DNA from: the human T2T-CHM13v2.0 reference genome, Homo sapiens
DNA length: 64,000 nucleotides
Assembly: GCF_009914755.1 (NCBI RefSeq)
Contig: NC_060928.1
Reading direction: 5' to 3' (one strand)
Every line of letters begins with the position of its first letter. Position 1 is the first letter of the stretch. Positions 26,500 through 40,895 of this stretch are shown here, one piece after another. The notes below the pieces were generated by a model, which was given only the letters and a program-made list of their open reading frames with translations, was not told the DNA's origin and searched no databases. Position numbers and translations under genes: made by a program.

Positions 26500-26829
26500 A
26501 AAAAACTGGATGCATTGTTCTCAAGCCTTGCTTGGAGAGTACTTTCTACTTTCTTTGTTTTGCTCTTGCAATGCAGCAGGTACAACTGACAAAGTGTCTT
26601 TTTTCCTCCTTTTATTAATTTGGGGTCTGTGACTTTTTATTCCAAATACTGCTCAGGTTAAGAAAAGGGAAAACAATATTTCAGACAGAGACTAGAGTGC
26701 TTCTAAACCATGTTTTCCTCAGAAGGGGAAATAATATTATTTAAAATATTTTAGATAACAAAACCATGAAAATAATTTAATTCTCCAGGTTGGAAATTGT
26801 AATGGATTTGATAAGCTAGTTATAATAAA

Positions 26830-27070
26830 AGGAAGTAGTTTGGTGTTGGTTAAGCATTCAGATTCTGGAGTCTGATTACTTAGGTTTGATTTTTTACCTC
26901 TATCTCTTAAATAGCTGTTGATTTTGGTCAAATTGTCTAACCTTCTGTATCTCATTTTTCTCAGCTACAAAATGGAAATCAGAAGATAATGAGAGTTTTT
27001 CTCACATGGTTTGTTCTCAGCTGTAGTGAATGCACATTGTGAGGGCTGGCTCATGCTAGCTCTTATTACC
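26830..27070 (+). mobile_element. MIR SINE remnant
   Basis: GGTTAAGCATTCAGATTCTGGAGTC...AACCTTCTGTATCTCATTTTTCTCAGCTACAAAATGG. Confidence 0.75.
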
Positions 27071-28350
27071 ATGGCATTATCAATTTTTTTTCCAAATTTT
27101 CTCTTTTTAATGAAATATAGCCCAGATTTCCTCAACTCTTATTCCTAAAAAGTTAATGTTATTTTCCAGTTATTTTTTAGTATAATAATTTCAGAGAAAT
27201 ATGTCCAACTACATGGGCAAAAGTGCTCATCAAAAAAATCCCACATGAATTATTTAACCAATAAAGCGGGATTTTATATTTGCGTCAATAAAAATAATAT
27301 TCATTTAGATAACAATATTTTATATTTTTAACATTTAATTTAATCTTCAAACATTTGTTATCTGGGAAAAGAAAAAATGGACCACTTTCCTATAATCAAA
27401 ATGTAAGAATATAAATAAGGTATAATCTCTTAGGAGGAACACTTTTTCTAAATACAACAAAAAGTAATTGAAGTGAAATACATAAAATCCCCTAATTGCC
27501 TACCAGCCTGATTTGTATAGGTATACTTTCCAGAATCGTTGACTACCTCAGTGAGAATAGTTTGACACACTTCATTTATTGATTAAGACTACATTCACTT
27601 AATTGACTCACTGATGTATTAAGAGGCCTATTTTTCCTACATTACCAGGTCAATTTTCTTTTTTCCTTTTCAGTGAAAATTTATCTGAATTATCACAAAG
27701 CAGAAACAAAACTAGTGTTGGCAGCTCTTTGTAATGGAGACCCAGATTCAGGACTACTGACTGTCATTGCCCAGATATGTGACTTTCGGCATGTCAGCAG
27801 CTATGCGATTTGGTCAAATTAATTCCTTTGCTTGTATATTGTATATAAGATGAGAGACAGGAAGTACGTTATCTCTAAGGTATCTTTCAGTTCCTACCTA
27901 TCATAGCTTACACGTGCCCTAAAATTCCAACTTTATTTTACTTTTTGACACTCAAGAAAATGTTGAATTATTTTAAGGGATATTTATCAAATTCACAAAT
28001 CTTTCTTAAAATATTATTGAAACTAAATGCAATGTGTAACAAGTATTTTGTGTCAGGTTTATATCATCATATCAAATAGACTATCTTAATGTATTGCAAC
28101 TGCAAATGTCTTGAAAATTTCTTAATTATAATCTTGCAAAAAATCATATAACCGTGACACATACTTCTTCACTTATATTTGATAGATTAAAAAAAGTAAA
28201 AGAATATTACGTGAATGTTTCTAAACCTAACCACACTAATTAAGTCACATTAATAGATTCCTAATGTGCTAGAAGGATAATATTTTAACTTCATAAATGT
28301 GCATGTTGGTTTCCTTTATGAGGTTTCTTTCCATCTTGCTCTCTCTCTCC

Positions 28351-28382
<32 letters not shown>

Positions 28383-29711
28383 CCACAGGTTTTCAATACA
28401 CTGTTGAATTGAGAACAGTCCCTGGTGCTATACTTCTCAGGCTTGTGCACCACTTAGCTTATTCTCAAAAAACACAAATCTGCCCTGGCCTGTTCCTTTT
28501 ACTCAGAAGATACTGGAGCCACCCCCACTTATGTTAGGGGGTGGGGTGTGAGGACTGTGCTCAGACCACATCCCCTCATTGCTTTACACAAATCTGCTCC
28601 AGACATTGCCCTGCTTCCATCACTGCTGCTTTCTTGAGCTGCCAACTGATATACTCTGCTGTTTTACATAAACAAAGTTTCCTTTTCTCCTGGCTCGTAG
28701 AAATAGCTTCTTTTTTTTTTCTATGCGTGAATATTTTAGGGAGATCCCACAGCACAGTTGCTTAACCGCCCAGATCCTAAAACACTTGTAGTTTTATGAT
28801 CAGTCTTTTCTTCCTCAAGATGCACAGCTGTGAGGACTGAGTGTTCCACTCTAACTCCTGTGCTCAGTCTGGTGAATTGTACTGGATTCTTTTCAGTTCT
28901 GACTCTGACCCCCCATAATGTGTGTACCAGGTTCTTCTGTTCATAGCTGAATCCCAAGAGAGAACACAGTCCTAATGCCTTGGCAAATCAGCAGATGCAG
29001 CTAGATATGAGGTTGAAGTTGGTGCTCAGGGAGTGGTATACAGTAGGGTATTGCCTAAGGTGACCCGGATTACCAATATGAACTCATACTGTGATCCAGC
29101 TGAGACACAGGGTTGCATAAGGAAACCCTACTATAGTTCATCTCAAAATTAAATCATTTCATTAAGTATTCTATATCTATTATGGAGATTTGTAACCCAT
29201 TACAAACTAGGATAAAAGAGTTTGTAATAACAACCTGAATTTATATTCGAATACTAAGTAAAATTTTGACCAGTGAATGCATTAATAAATTTTCAAACAA
29301 AACCAAAATGCTTTTTAAAATAACAAGGTAATACTTTTTTTAAAAAGTAGCTGTAAAACAAATACAGATTTTCCTAAATGGAAAATACAAAAAAATGTGG
29401 GAAACAGTTTAGAGGAACATCAAAAATCACCTCTTCAAAATTATCCCTTTCTCTATGTGGATTATTGCAATTGTTATTGTTATTAGTGTTGTTTTAACTT
29501 AGCTGCTACACACTGTCCATATACATTCACAAACTTTGCTTTCACTTAAGATTATTATGTATCTGTAAATCCATGCCATTACCTAAAATATATAACCATT
29601 AACTCTAAGGCCTGATTCATTAAAAATCTATGGCCGTAGCAAAGATTATGAAGCCTTTCCCTATCATTGACTATTAAAGATTCTTTCAGTCTCTTACAAT
29701 TTCAAATTGAG

Positions 29712-29900
29712 TGTTTTGTTGTTGTCATTTGTTTGTTTGTCTTTCAGAGACAACGTTTTTCTCTCCTCTCTCCCCCAGACTGCACTATGGTGGCCAGAGC
29801 ATATAGCTCACTGCAGCCTCAAACTCCTGGGCTCAAGTGATCCTCCTGCCTCAGCCTCTCAAGTAACTAGTACTACAAGTATATGCCACTATGCCTGGCT
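29712..29900 (-). mobile_element. Alu right-arm monomer (FRAM/AluJ fragment)
   Basis: ATAGCTCACTGCAGCCTCAAACTCCTGGGCTCAAGTGATCCTCCTGCCTCAGCCTC. Confidence 0.85.
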
Positions 29901-30869
29901 CAAAATTAAGTTTTAATAAACATATACATGCTAGGCATCTATATTTATTTCTGATTTTTTTGAAGGATAATTAAGAAATATATTTACAAAGTATTTGGTT
30001 AAAGTGTGTAAATATATTGAGATACTTAATACCATCATCAACTGCTTTTAAATAGAAAACCAATTTACACAGTTAGTTGTGATGTATGAAAATACTTAAA
30101 CCTTTTTAAAAGTTTATTTTCAAATCTAAATTATATAATTTAATAGTTGAACTTTTAATATGTAATGAATAAGTGTGAATAAAAATAAAGAAGTTATTTA
30201 ACTTCCAGTTTATTAGAGTCATTAATTATATGCAGATAATCTAGTTTTTAATATTAGTCATAAAGTAATATAGGCAAAATTATCCTGTAGGCTCTTTAGA
30301 GTACATATGAAGAATATTTACCAAGGTTTCCTTATCTGACAATCAAACAGTTATTTATCTTTCGAGGCAAAATATGTCTAAAGTTTACTGAGATAAATCG
30401 TAGAACATTTTAAAAAATATTATTTCCCTCCCTTTATTACCTCAAAAAAATCATCTTCCAACTGGTACCCTCTTTCCTGAAATAGATTCCTAACTAGTAA
30501 AATGAATATGCTATAATCATTTATTAAAATGAAATACTTGTTTTGTAAACTGAAATTCATTATTAGGCAGACTTATACAGTAATACCTAGAGTCAAAAAA
30601 ATGGTCTGCCATAGGCTTAGGGCTGTCCTTGTGATATACATAGCACCAAGCATTGGAGCTGAAAAGCTACTTTCTGTGGACAGCCTGATCCCCAGGAGAA
30701 GAGGAGGAAAAGACTTGATCAAGAATACACACGTTCTGCTCCAACATTTGCCAACAGATAGCTCCCTCCACTTTCATTGGAAAAAAGGAGCAGGACAAGG
30801 CCCAGAATATAAGGGATAAGGCCTACTTGTATAGACTAGGGTGATAGTGAAGAAACTGTTTTCATAATT

Positions 30870-31100
30870 ATAGCTGATATCTACTGAACACTTTCTAGGG
30901 TAGTTCCCGGTGATTTATATGTTTTATCTTATTTAAATCTCCCAACAATTTGATTATGTAGGTATCATTGTTTTCTCAACTATACAGATAAAGAAATAGA
31001 CACTAAGTAGTTTAAAACAAGTAATTTGCTTAAGGGAGCAAACTTAGAAACTGGTATAGCTGAAATTTCAATGCAGGTGGTTAGACTCCAGAGGAGTTTT
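30870..31100 (-). mobile_element. MIR SINE remnant
   Basis: ATCTTATTTAAATCTCCCAACAA...TACAGATAAAGAAATAGA...GTAATTTGCTTAAGG...GACTCCAGAG. Confidence 0.7.
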
Positions 31101-31609
31101 TAATCAGTGACAAAACTCACTACTATAACATATATTCAAAATTTTAAATGTTATTTTGTGCTTTTAAAAGTACTCACTAAAGTGAGTGCATCCAACTGTA
31201 GAACTGCATTAGTGTTAAATTTAGCCATAGAGTAATTGGCTACTTAGTGGCATAGTATAGGGCCAGAGTTGATCGATATGCCCCCCAAACTAGGGGGCCT
31301 AGGTCTAGTTTGGACCTGAATATTTAGTGTAAGGCAGAGTATGATAAATCAATGAGGCTGGGCTCTGTCATTTGTCTGTATCATTAAGAATACCTAGTTT
31401 AGGACCTGGAAGATGACACACATTCAATTCATCTTCCTTAGTATGTATAAATCGATGGATTAATGGATGGACTAATACATAATTGGATGAATGCAGCCAG
31501 GCTATACTTGAGTCGGGGTTGTAAGATTGCATTAGATTATTTTCTTTTATTATCTTAGCAGTGACCGTGAAATAAGAGTACTGGTGTTTAGCTAATAAAA
31601 AACACAAGT

Positions 31610-31905
31610 ACACAATACCCAGAGGCTAAAGGTGCATCACTGCCGTGCTTTCTCAACTTTAGTCCCTGGGGAAATTGCTTTTTGCTGGCTGTCCTCAGAA
31701 GGTCACTCTCAGTTTCTAGAAGCATTTTGAGTTTCTTGCCAAGTCAGTTACTGGACATTTTAAAGCCAACAGGGGAAAGAGAGACACTCTAGCAGACCAA
31801 TGCTTCCATCTTCTTCAATGTAATCAGGTACATCTCAACACTTTTACCATATTCTATTGACAGAAACAAATCACAGGTTATGCCCACATGCAAGGAGGGA
31901 TGCTG
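31610..31905 (-). mobile_element. MLT1F/G-like LTR fragment
   Basis: CCATATTCTATTGACAGAAACAAATCACAGG...CCCACATGCAAGGAGGG. Confidence 0.55.
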
Positions 31906-32194
31906 AAAAGGTTATCATTCTTGCTAAAGAAGAAAAAAAACAAATAAATTGATGAACAAGTTGTATCATTCTTGACAATATTGCTTTAACAAAATTCCTC
32001 CTAATTAAATAAATCAAACACATGAATCCCTGAACGAAAAGTGCCACTTCCCATTGGAGATTCACTTGATTTTAAAGCTTTCCCTTGAGGGATTTTCTGG
32101 AATGTTTGTTTGAGATATAAGAATGCTTCTGCAATTGTTTCCATTAAGATTGAGTTACATTGCGAATAACAGAAATTGGTGGCTGATCGGTGGC

Positions 32195-32628
32195 TGAATT
32201 ATTTTCTGATTGCTGCTGTAATAAACTGCCAGTATGGTAGTGGCTTAAGAAAATACACATTTCATTCCGTTACAATTCTGGACTTCCGAAATCTGAAATA
32301 GGTCAGGAAGTCTGTGTTCTTCTGAAGGCTCTAGGTGAGAATTTGTTTCCTTCTTTTTTTTTTTTCCAATTCCTACAGGATGTGTGCATTCCTTGGCTTA
32401 TGGCCCCTGCCTCCATCTTCAAAGCCTGTAATGTTGCATCTTGAAATCTCTCTTTGACTTTCATCCTTTTTCCTGCCTCCTACTATGATTCTATTTTGCT
32501 GGCCTTAAGACTTTTATTTAATCACATCTGCATAGTCCATTTTACCATGTAAGGTAACATGTTCACAGGTTCTGAGGATAAGGATGTGAGCATCTTTGGG
32601 GTGTGGGTGAGGAAAATTATTTAACATA
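32195..32628 (-). mobile_element. MLT1C/D-like MaLR solo LTR, possibly inside an older MLT1 remnant
   Basis: ATTGCTGCTGTAATAAA...GGCTTAA...CCTCCATCTTCAAAGCC...AATCACATCTGCA...GTAAGGTAACATGTTCACAGGTTCTG. Confidence 0.85.
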
Positions 32629-34070
32629 TTGAGAAATAGGAATATAAAGAATCAATAACATTCACACTGATCTCTCTCTCTCTCTGCCTTTCCCTCATAC
32701 TGCATGGTATTTGTTGCATTTTAATGTCACATCCAATTTTATGTTAGTAGAAGGAGAAAGGAAGCAGAAAATAAAAGCAGGAATTAACTTCAGAGTGTAG
32801 TTTATTAGCCAGAACTATCTCTAGATACAAGAGGGACAGGGCGAGAATTTAGTTTGCACAGCCAGAATTTTAGAGATAGAAAAAGGAGAATGGGATTGAA
32901 CTTTAAATTTCTGTGAGCCACTTGACAGTTTATTCTACAATTTCAATACTTAATTATAAGAAAATTTTATATTTTATTAATGTCTAAATTATTAAATAAT
33001 AAATTCTTTAAAAATTAATTTGAAAATGATAAATTATTTAAAATATTTATATATTAAATGTACCCTATTTTCCTACTTGAAAAATAAATATTTTGGCAAA
33101 TGAAATGATTTCATCAGCCATCTTTGTGAGAATTACTTGAATAATGTGATTTCTTTTCTTCTCAGAAGAGCAGAGAATATATGACTGCAATTTCCGTATT
33201 TACATCCTTCTATACAGAGTTCCATTAGTCCTAAGTAATCCCCTATTATTTGTTTTCCTCTTGGGACAATGAGTAGAAATTTAAGAATGAACCTTAAGAA
33301 ATTAAGTTCGGTAGCTTTCAGCTGTCAGTGAATTAAAGTTGTAGCCTTTCTGGTGTCAACCTTCATGGTATGGTAACTAGAGGGCTGTCAATCAACTTTG
33401 TCTGCATATATTTTCAGACAGAGTGGAGCAGAGCAAATGCACATTGGAAATGAATTTTGAACAGTTCAGCAGAAGAGAGGTTTTCTCTCACAGGAACAAG
33501 CCATTCAGCAGGAGTTAAGGTCAGGACTGAAGTACTTCTGTCAAAATGCTCCCGAATTTACACTTTGAAGCCCTAGAGTCATCTTTGGAATCCCCTGCCT
33601 GTCCTTGTCTGAACAGGAATCCCAGGGGTTTTGACCCTCAGGGCACTAAACAAACATTTCTTTCAAGCTGGCTTAGTTTAAGACACAGAACATTGTGTAA
33701 CATTGTGCATCTACTTCAGTGCAGGCAATATTCAGTGCAATGTCTGCATAGAATATTTGTTACTTGAATATTTCAAGGAATATTATATTTTCTTCTGTGC
33801 ATATTGTGAAACATTACAGAAGAGGATAGCATTTTAATTTTTTAAAAAAAGTTCAGTTTTTCTGGTTCAAAAGCAATTCTTCCACTAAAGTCATATGACT
33901 CATCCTAAAACCTGAAAACAATCTAGGTCAAATTTGTACACTGGCAGAGCTCTACTTATTTTTATGTTAATTGGGGTTGTATCAAAGCCTTATTTTGGTT
34001 TATTTTTAAGAAAGACAATATCAATTTCTACCTTTATAATAAGAGAAAAGGGAAATATATTAAATGATTC

Positions 34071-35760
34071 ATTTTTTTTCAACTTTTATTTTAGAATCAG
34101 GGGTACATGTGCACATTTGTTACAATGGTATATTGTGTGATGCTGAGGCTTGGAGTATGACTGAACCTGTCACCCAGGTAGTGAGCATAGAACCCAACAG
34201 ACAGTTTTTCAGTCTTTGCCCACTTCCTTCTCTTCACCCTCTAATTATCCTTTTTTTTTGTTCCCATCTTTATGTTCATGTGTATTCGATGTTTACCTTC
34301 TATTTAGAAGTGAGAACATACAGTATTCGGTTCTCTATTTCTGTGTTAGTTTGCTTAGGATATTGGCCTCCAGCTGCATCCATGTTTCTGTAAAGGACAT
34401 GATTTTGAGACAGCCAGGTGGAAGGGGGTCCCTGGAGAATCTCAAACCAGCCTGCTCACTGCGGTGGAGCCTTGGAAGTTCATGACTTTTGCAGCAGGGA
34501 GGAGCCTGGCCCCTCCTCTTCCTGTGTGGAACCTGAGATTCAAATTGTCGGGCAGGAAGTGCCCTAGTGGAGGGAATCTGGCCTAGCCAGAGTCACTGTT
34601 TTCCCCGTTTTTCCCTTTCGTCGTATAAAACCCTGCTTTTACCCTTTAAGCTGTCTGCTAGCCTAAATTTTCATGGCTGTGGGACTGACAAGAACCCTGT
34701 ATTTAGCTGAACTGAGGAAAAGTCCCACAACATTTTCATTCATTTTATGGCTGCATAGTATTCCATGGTGTATATGTACCACATTTTGTTTATCCAATTG
34801 ACCATTGATGGGCATCCATATTTTGCTATCGTGAATAGTGCTGTCATGAACATATGGATGCATGTGTCCTTCTGGTAGAACAATTTATTTTTTGGGGGGT
34901 AGCCCTCAGTAATTGGATTGTTGGATTGTATGACTGTTCAATTCTTAGTCTTGGAGAAATCTCCAAACTGCTCTCCACAGTGATTAGATTAATTTACATT
35001 CCCACCAAGAATGTATAAGGGTCCCCTTCTCTCTGTAGCCTCACCAACATCTGTTATTTTTCTGATGCTTTGGCAAAAGTCATTCTGACTAGGATGAGAT
35101 GGTATCTCATTGTGGTTTTGATTTGCATTTCTCTGATGATTGGGGTGATGAGCATTTTTTTATATGTTTGTGGGCTGCGTATATATTTTCTTTTGGGAAA
35201 CGTCTGTTTATGTCTTTTGCCCACCTTTTAATGGGGTAATTTGCTTTTTGCTCATTTAGTTAATTTCCTTAAAGAATCTGGGTATTAGACCTTTCTCAGA
35301 TGCATAGTGTCTGAATATTTTCTCCCATTCTGAAAGTTATCTGGTTAATCCCTTAATAGTTCCTTTTGCTGTGCAGAAGTCATTTAGTTTAATTAGGTCC
35401 CACTACCAATTTTTGTTTTTGTTGCAATTGCTCTTGAGGACTTAGCCATAAATTCCTTATCTAGGCTGATGCTGAGAAGGATATTTCTTAGGTTTTCTTC
35501 TAGGGTTTTTATAGTATGAAGAACTCTTACATTTCAACCTTAATTCATCTTGAGTTAATTTTTGTATGTAGTAAAAGGAAGGAGTCCAGTTCCATTATTC
35601 TGCATGGGTAGCCAGTTATCCTAGCACCACTTTCTAAAAAAAAAGAGTCCTTTCCCCAATATTTATTTTTGCTGAGTTTGTCAAAGATAAGATGGTTGTA
35701 GGTCTTCAGCTTTATTTCTGAGTTCTCTATTCTCTTCCATGCATCTATTTGTCTGTTTTT
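34071..35760 (-). mobile_element. 5'-truncated L1 (older L1PA, ~PA13-16), ORF2 C-terminus plus 3' UTR, split by a MER61 LTR
   Basis: ORF 35545-35868 contains YKNRQIDAWKRIENSEIK...LIFDK...WGKDS...TKINSR (L1 ORF2). TSD ATATTAAATGATTC (34057-34070) / ATATTGAATGGTTC (35761-35774). Confidence 0.95.
34406..34732 (+). mobile_element. MER61-family ERV1 solo LTR
   Basis: TGAGACAGCCAGGTGG...GGAGGAGCCTGGCCCCTCCTCTTCCTGTGTGGAACC...AAGTCCCACAACA; TSD ATTT/TTTT; the L1 resumes colinearly after it. Confidence 0.9.
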
Positions 35761-38349
35761 ATATTGAATGGTTCTCATTGTGAAATAAACTTTATAATCT
35801 TTTGAAACTAGGACTTTATTTAGATGGCTCTCTAGAGTAGAAAAAGGATCTATTATAATCATCATCACGCACTGAAAATATTAATATCATTTCTCTAATA
35901 ATAGATCAAAATTTCAGTTTTTAGAACTCAATTATAATTTATCTGTCAAAATCAGACATCTTTTAGAAGTTGTTTTTCATACATTAGTGAGGTCCAGAGC
36001 TTTCATCATAAAGTTTGTTTTTCAACATTAGTTTTAAAGAACAAAATGTCTTTTGCCTTTTCCATTTCACATTTTCCTATCATACTGGAGCATGCAACAG
36101 CCCTTATTTGAGCCATAATAGATTTGTGAGAACTCTGCTAAGTAGAAAAATATTCGAAGTACAAAAATTATGTGTTGATCTATGCTTTGTTTCACTCTGT
36201 TTTCTAGGTATTGCTTTTAATTTTTATAGTAATATTCATATATAATTATTTGAAGGACAGGCTCACGTTTGAAACACAATTGTATATATCCAGTTTCTAA
36301 AGTAGACCTCAGATAAAAAAGACACTTAATACATTTCCTTTTAATAGTAAGACAAGAAAGATACATAGAATAATAATTAAAGCTCCATGTTCTCTTTTTC
36401 CCTACTCATTCTCTTATCCCTCGTACTATGTACCTATTAATAGGGCTAATCTAATATGAACTATCAAGTCTCTCTGATCATTCCCGGAAATTTCATGATT
36501 CAGATTTCCACAAATTCCCTCATATCTGTTGTAAACCTGTGCATTATAAAACCATATTTTTGATTTGCCCATCTTTTACTTCTAGTTGAAAAAAAAATAG
36601 AAAAACTGCAAAACTTGATAAAGGACGTTACAGTCCTCTGTCTTGAGTCACTGAAATGGCTTCCATTAAGTTGGCATGCTTCTGCCAGCTAAACTTCTTA
36701 TGTCATCATGGCTTTAGTCTATTTCTTAGACAAAATTTTATATATTTTTCATTGCCTTGTAGGGGAATAATGTACAAGAAGTATATGTATCATGGATTTA
36801 ACTTGCACATGTCTGATAAAGAATTACATGAGGTTGCTTTTTAAAAGTTATGCATTTTATCTTCTGGTTTCTCTTCAGTTCGTATAATCTTTCACCCTTT
36901 AAAAGCTGTGCTTTTAAACATTTTAAAGTAACCATTTTAAAGTAGTCAAAACCATTTAACACAATGAAAAAGATACTTCTGGAGTTCTATTATTTATTTT
37001 AATCTAAAAAATGACTCAAATCTATTTCTATCAGTTATCCAAAATGTTATTCATTTCTCCTTCATGTCAAAATGAAATAAAGTAAAATTTGGCAACATTT
37101 CTTCAGGGAGAAAAAGAGTCATTGGACAAATGACCACTTAAATACTTGGTTTCTGGGAACATTAAGGTCATGTCTGCACTAGAAATGTGAAGACATAAAT
37201 GAGACAAATTTTCAAGATGAAGTAAAGCTGAAAGCTCTCTTGCCAGGGCAGACCAACTGCCTAGCTAAATTATAAAACCATAATGTACATGACTTTATCC
37301 ACCAATAAAATGGGAATTATACTACAAGCCAATTCTGTCAGAGGATGTTATAGAGATAATGAGATAATGTCTTCTAAGCACTTTCAGTGTCTCGGATGAA
37401 AGAAGATAACTTTTCTATCCTCAGTAGAGAGGAGACCCATGATCACTAACATTTCACATTGCTAAATGTACCTTCTTTAGAAAAGTGATGCTATTAAAAT
37501 AATGATACCTAAAGCTCTTTCACTAAACCTACTATAAAGCTATACTCATCAATAATGAAGGCATGGATCTGTAGCTGAAGTGGTAGGCTTCTCTAAAATT
37601 ATCAAATATTTTCTTTAAGATTAACAACCACATTCAAGGATATTTACTGTAAGGCTAGCTGTAAATACAAACACACATTCCAAAGTATAATGCTGTTTCT
37701 ATTAGCAAGGGGTTCTTATAATTAGTATACATACATGAATAATAACAAATCATCCTCTTCAATGTTAACTAAAACTAAATTTAGTATGTAATAACCTAGA
37801 TGCTCTTCAAAACTGTTGTTTCCTTCCACTGTCCAATAGGACTCATTAAATACACTCAACTAATCTGTCCTCTGAGACACCACATTCAGGTGAAATAATC
37901 AATTTTATTTAGTCCAACCAAAGTGAAAGGCATATCCAAAACTTACATGTTATTAAACTGGGTCATGACCCACTTGAACTACCATGCTTTAAGTTTAATA
38001 AACAATTAGCCATGTTGTCAATGAGTGGTATCAGTGGGCAGGTTTTTTTCTTTTTCCTTTGCTCAAAGTTATGGGTAAAGTTGGTATAATTTCTTGAAGT
38101 AAATGGATCTATTATGGAGAAATTAAATGACTAAAATTATTAATAAATATCCACAGAAATTATTTAAAAACTTTAAATCTTCATAAGGATAAATTATAGT
38201 AAAATCATAATATAATAAACTCTCACAACAGAACCTGTGAGTGATAAAACAGACAACTGTTTGGTAGATCACAAAGTGTTCCTGAGAGATTCATTAATAA
38301 ATAATAGTAGTAGATTTTGCCTTGCTATAAAATACTCATGGCCATATGT

Positions 38350-38745
38350 ATATTTAACATTTTTTATTTGATATGGGCATGTCCTTACGTCTCAATTCTA
38401 GCCAATGAGGAGTTTAAATCTCCTAGTGGTGAAATGGTTAATTAGGTCATAAGTAAGACTTAAGAAAAAAATGATCTGACTCCAGACATTAGTGTGTGAG
38501 ATTAGAATGCCTGGGGATTCTTAAACCATTTTTCAGCAAAATGAGAGAGAGCCAATGTGCTGAGAATGAATCACCAGAAAAAAAGTGAAAAGAATATGGA
38601 CCCTTGATCATGATATAGAGAACCTAAATTGACAAAAGCAGAAACAATTTTATTCCCAGGCTTTGTAATAAGTCCTCTTAATATTTAACTCATTTTAGTT
38701 TGAGTGTTTTAGTATTTGCAGCCAAAACCAGCTTCATTTATATAC
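38350..38745 (+). mobile_element. Old MLT1 (J/K-like) LTR remnant
   Basis: CAATTCTAGCCAATGAG...GAGCCAATGTGCTGAGAATG...TATTTGCAGCCAAAA. Confidence 0.55.
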
Positions 38746-39889
38746 ATACCTTGGTGAGAAACATATCTGTATGGACCTCAGATTTTACCCTGTAGATTCT
38801 GACTTTACAGATGGCATTAGCAGCAATGGCTTTGGGATCATCAAGACTGTGTGAATTGGTTAGAACCCCTGTCTCTGGGAATTACATGGCTTTCTGACCA
38901 GCGAGTCCCAGTGGCAAGAAGAACATTATTGTTGAATGGCAGTGACATGTAGGGGATCAACGAATTTTATTTGAATGTTCATTATCCCTATTCTTTTCTG
39001 TTTCTTCATTCTGAGAGATTGGGAACTGATTCTCTGCTTTAAAGAACCTCATTGACATTTCTTGTTCAGGCAGGCTTAAAAGTGGTAGCATCTGCAGGTA
39101 GTAGGCAGCATATGTATGGAGAAAACTAACATTAACTGAAATGTTCAGGAATCCAACACCCTTTAGGGTCACTTTGGAATTTTTTTCTCCACTGGCAAGT
39201 GATTATGATAGCTGTAGTTGATTTCAGATATGTGTAAATGTCCTAGAATTTCTTAGAATTATCATAAAAAGTAAAGTCTGGAAACATGCAATGTGTTCTA
39301 CTAATTGATCAAGTGGGAGCTCAAAATCAATAAAAATTCTAGCATTTAGTGGTGACATGCCTTCCGTTGTAACTCCAAGCTAGGTAGGCCTGGAGAAGTT
39401 TTTGAAAATAAAGCTTGCCTAAATTCAAGCTAGTTAATGACAGAGTTAGGATTCAAACTCAAGCACCTGCCTTTTAGTTATTAAAAGTAATAAGATAAAG
39501 TTTGTACTCTCAATCGTTGGGCTACACAGCACTTAACATTAAGTACAATACATTAGAAACTAAAAGCTGTGTAAGATAAGTAGTGTCTCAAAAGAACAGT
39601 GACCAATGTGGCATTTGTTCTGCTTAGTATGAGACTGGTGTTGAAGCGAGTGGTTCATAGGAGGTTTACTAGATTAAAATGAATGTTTAAAGAATGGCTA
39701 AGTACTGTATGAGTGTTCTTCCAGGGACTATTTCAGTAGTTAGAATAGAATACACAAAGAAAATAAACTTACTTCAGAAAACTGTTCTTTAATCTCTCTT
39801 ATTCCAAATGACGGCAGTAGTCAAATGAGAGAATAAACCATATAAAAAAGGAACAAATTCTCCTGAGGATTAAGTAACCACCTTTCAAG

Positions 39890-40075
39890 TGTTCACATTG
39901 CACTCTATAACTCCCCTAATTCTTTACTTAACTTCACAATACTGCTGTTGCCTGTTTACATGTGTATTTTACATTAGTCTTTAATTTCTATGAAGGTAGA
40001 TATTGTGTTTCTCTTATCTACAGTTGTATTCTTTAAGACATAGTAGCCTAGCACATAATGAGGTCATTTAATATA
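39890..40075 (+). mobile_element. L2 3' end remnant
   Basis: CTATGAAGGTAGATATTGTG...GCCTAGCACATAAT. Confidence 0.55.
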
Positions 40076-40662
40076 AGTATATACACTTATACTAAAACTA
40101 TTTATTTTTCTGGACGTTTTAACCTCATCTTACCAAAGCCTTCCTTCAACTTCGATTCATAGACAACAAACATAGAAGATAAGGGTTGAAATAGGAAACT
40201 ATGTCTATTGTCATAGAAATATTAAAAGAATGATTCTGATAGAAAGAGAAGAATGGAATAATGGAAATATTCTGAATCTGAATTACTTAACTTTTACTAT
40301 TCTTTTTCTTTTACTCAAGGTTGTATTCCAAAGAAGTGAATACTGAATATATTTATATATTGATAGTTAAGATGAGGATAAGTATTTATTGCTGTTTTGT
40401 AAAATAATAGATGTTAAATAATGAGGAACTATCCTTGGAAAATTAAAGTAACTTTTTGGTAATACTAACTAGACAATAAGAGATATATTACAATACAGTG
40501 TCTGTTTGCATCTTTTTATTCAATGGTTGATCCTACTTGGCTTACCCATCTAAAGACACAGACTGTTAGTAGTAGCAAAGTTGACATTTTTACATACATT
40601 TGAATAACTCCAGTGTCTATCTCTCTTTGAGTTCCAAAATTAGATTGAGAAAAGTGGCATTA

Positions 40663-40895
40663 CAGATTGAACATGACAAATTCAAAAATCTGAAATCCAA
40701 AAAATTCCAAAATCTATAACTTTTTGAGCAGAAATATGATGGTCAAAGGAAAAGCTCATTAGAGCATATTCGATTTCAGAATTTTGGGTTTGGCATGTTG
40801 AACCAGTAAGTTTAATGCAAATATTCCCAATTTTTTAAATTGAAATCCAAAACACGTCTGGTCTCAAGAATTTTGGATAAGGGATACTCAACTTA
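40663..40895. mobile_element. Tigger4a/MER46A-type DNA transposon
   Basis: TA-flanked CAGATTGAACAT ... GGATAAGGGATACTCAACTTA, with repeated AATCTGAAATCCAAAA motifs. Confidence 0.85.

Noticed and set aside
34406-34732. Possible p53 response element, since some MER61 subfamilies carry them
   Set aside because: I see no tandem RRRCWWGYYY pair in this copy.
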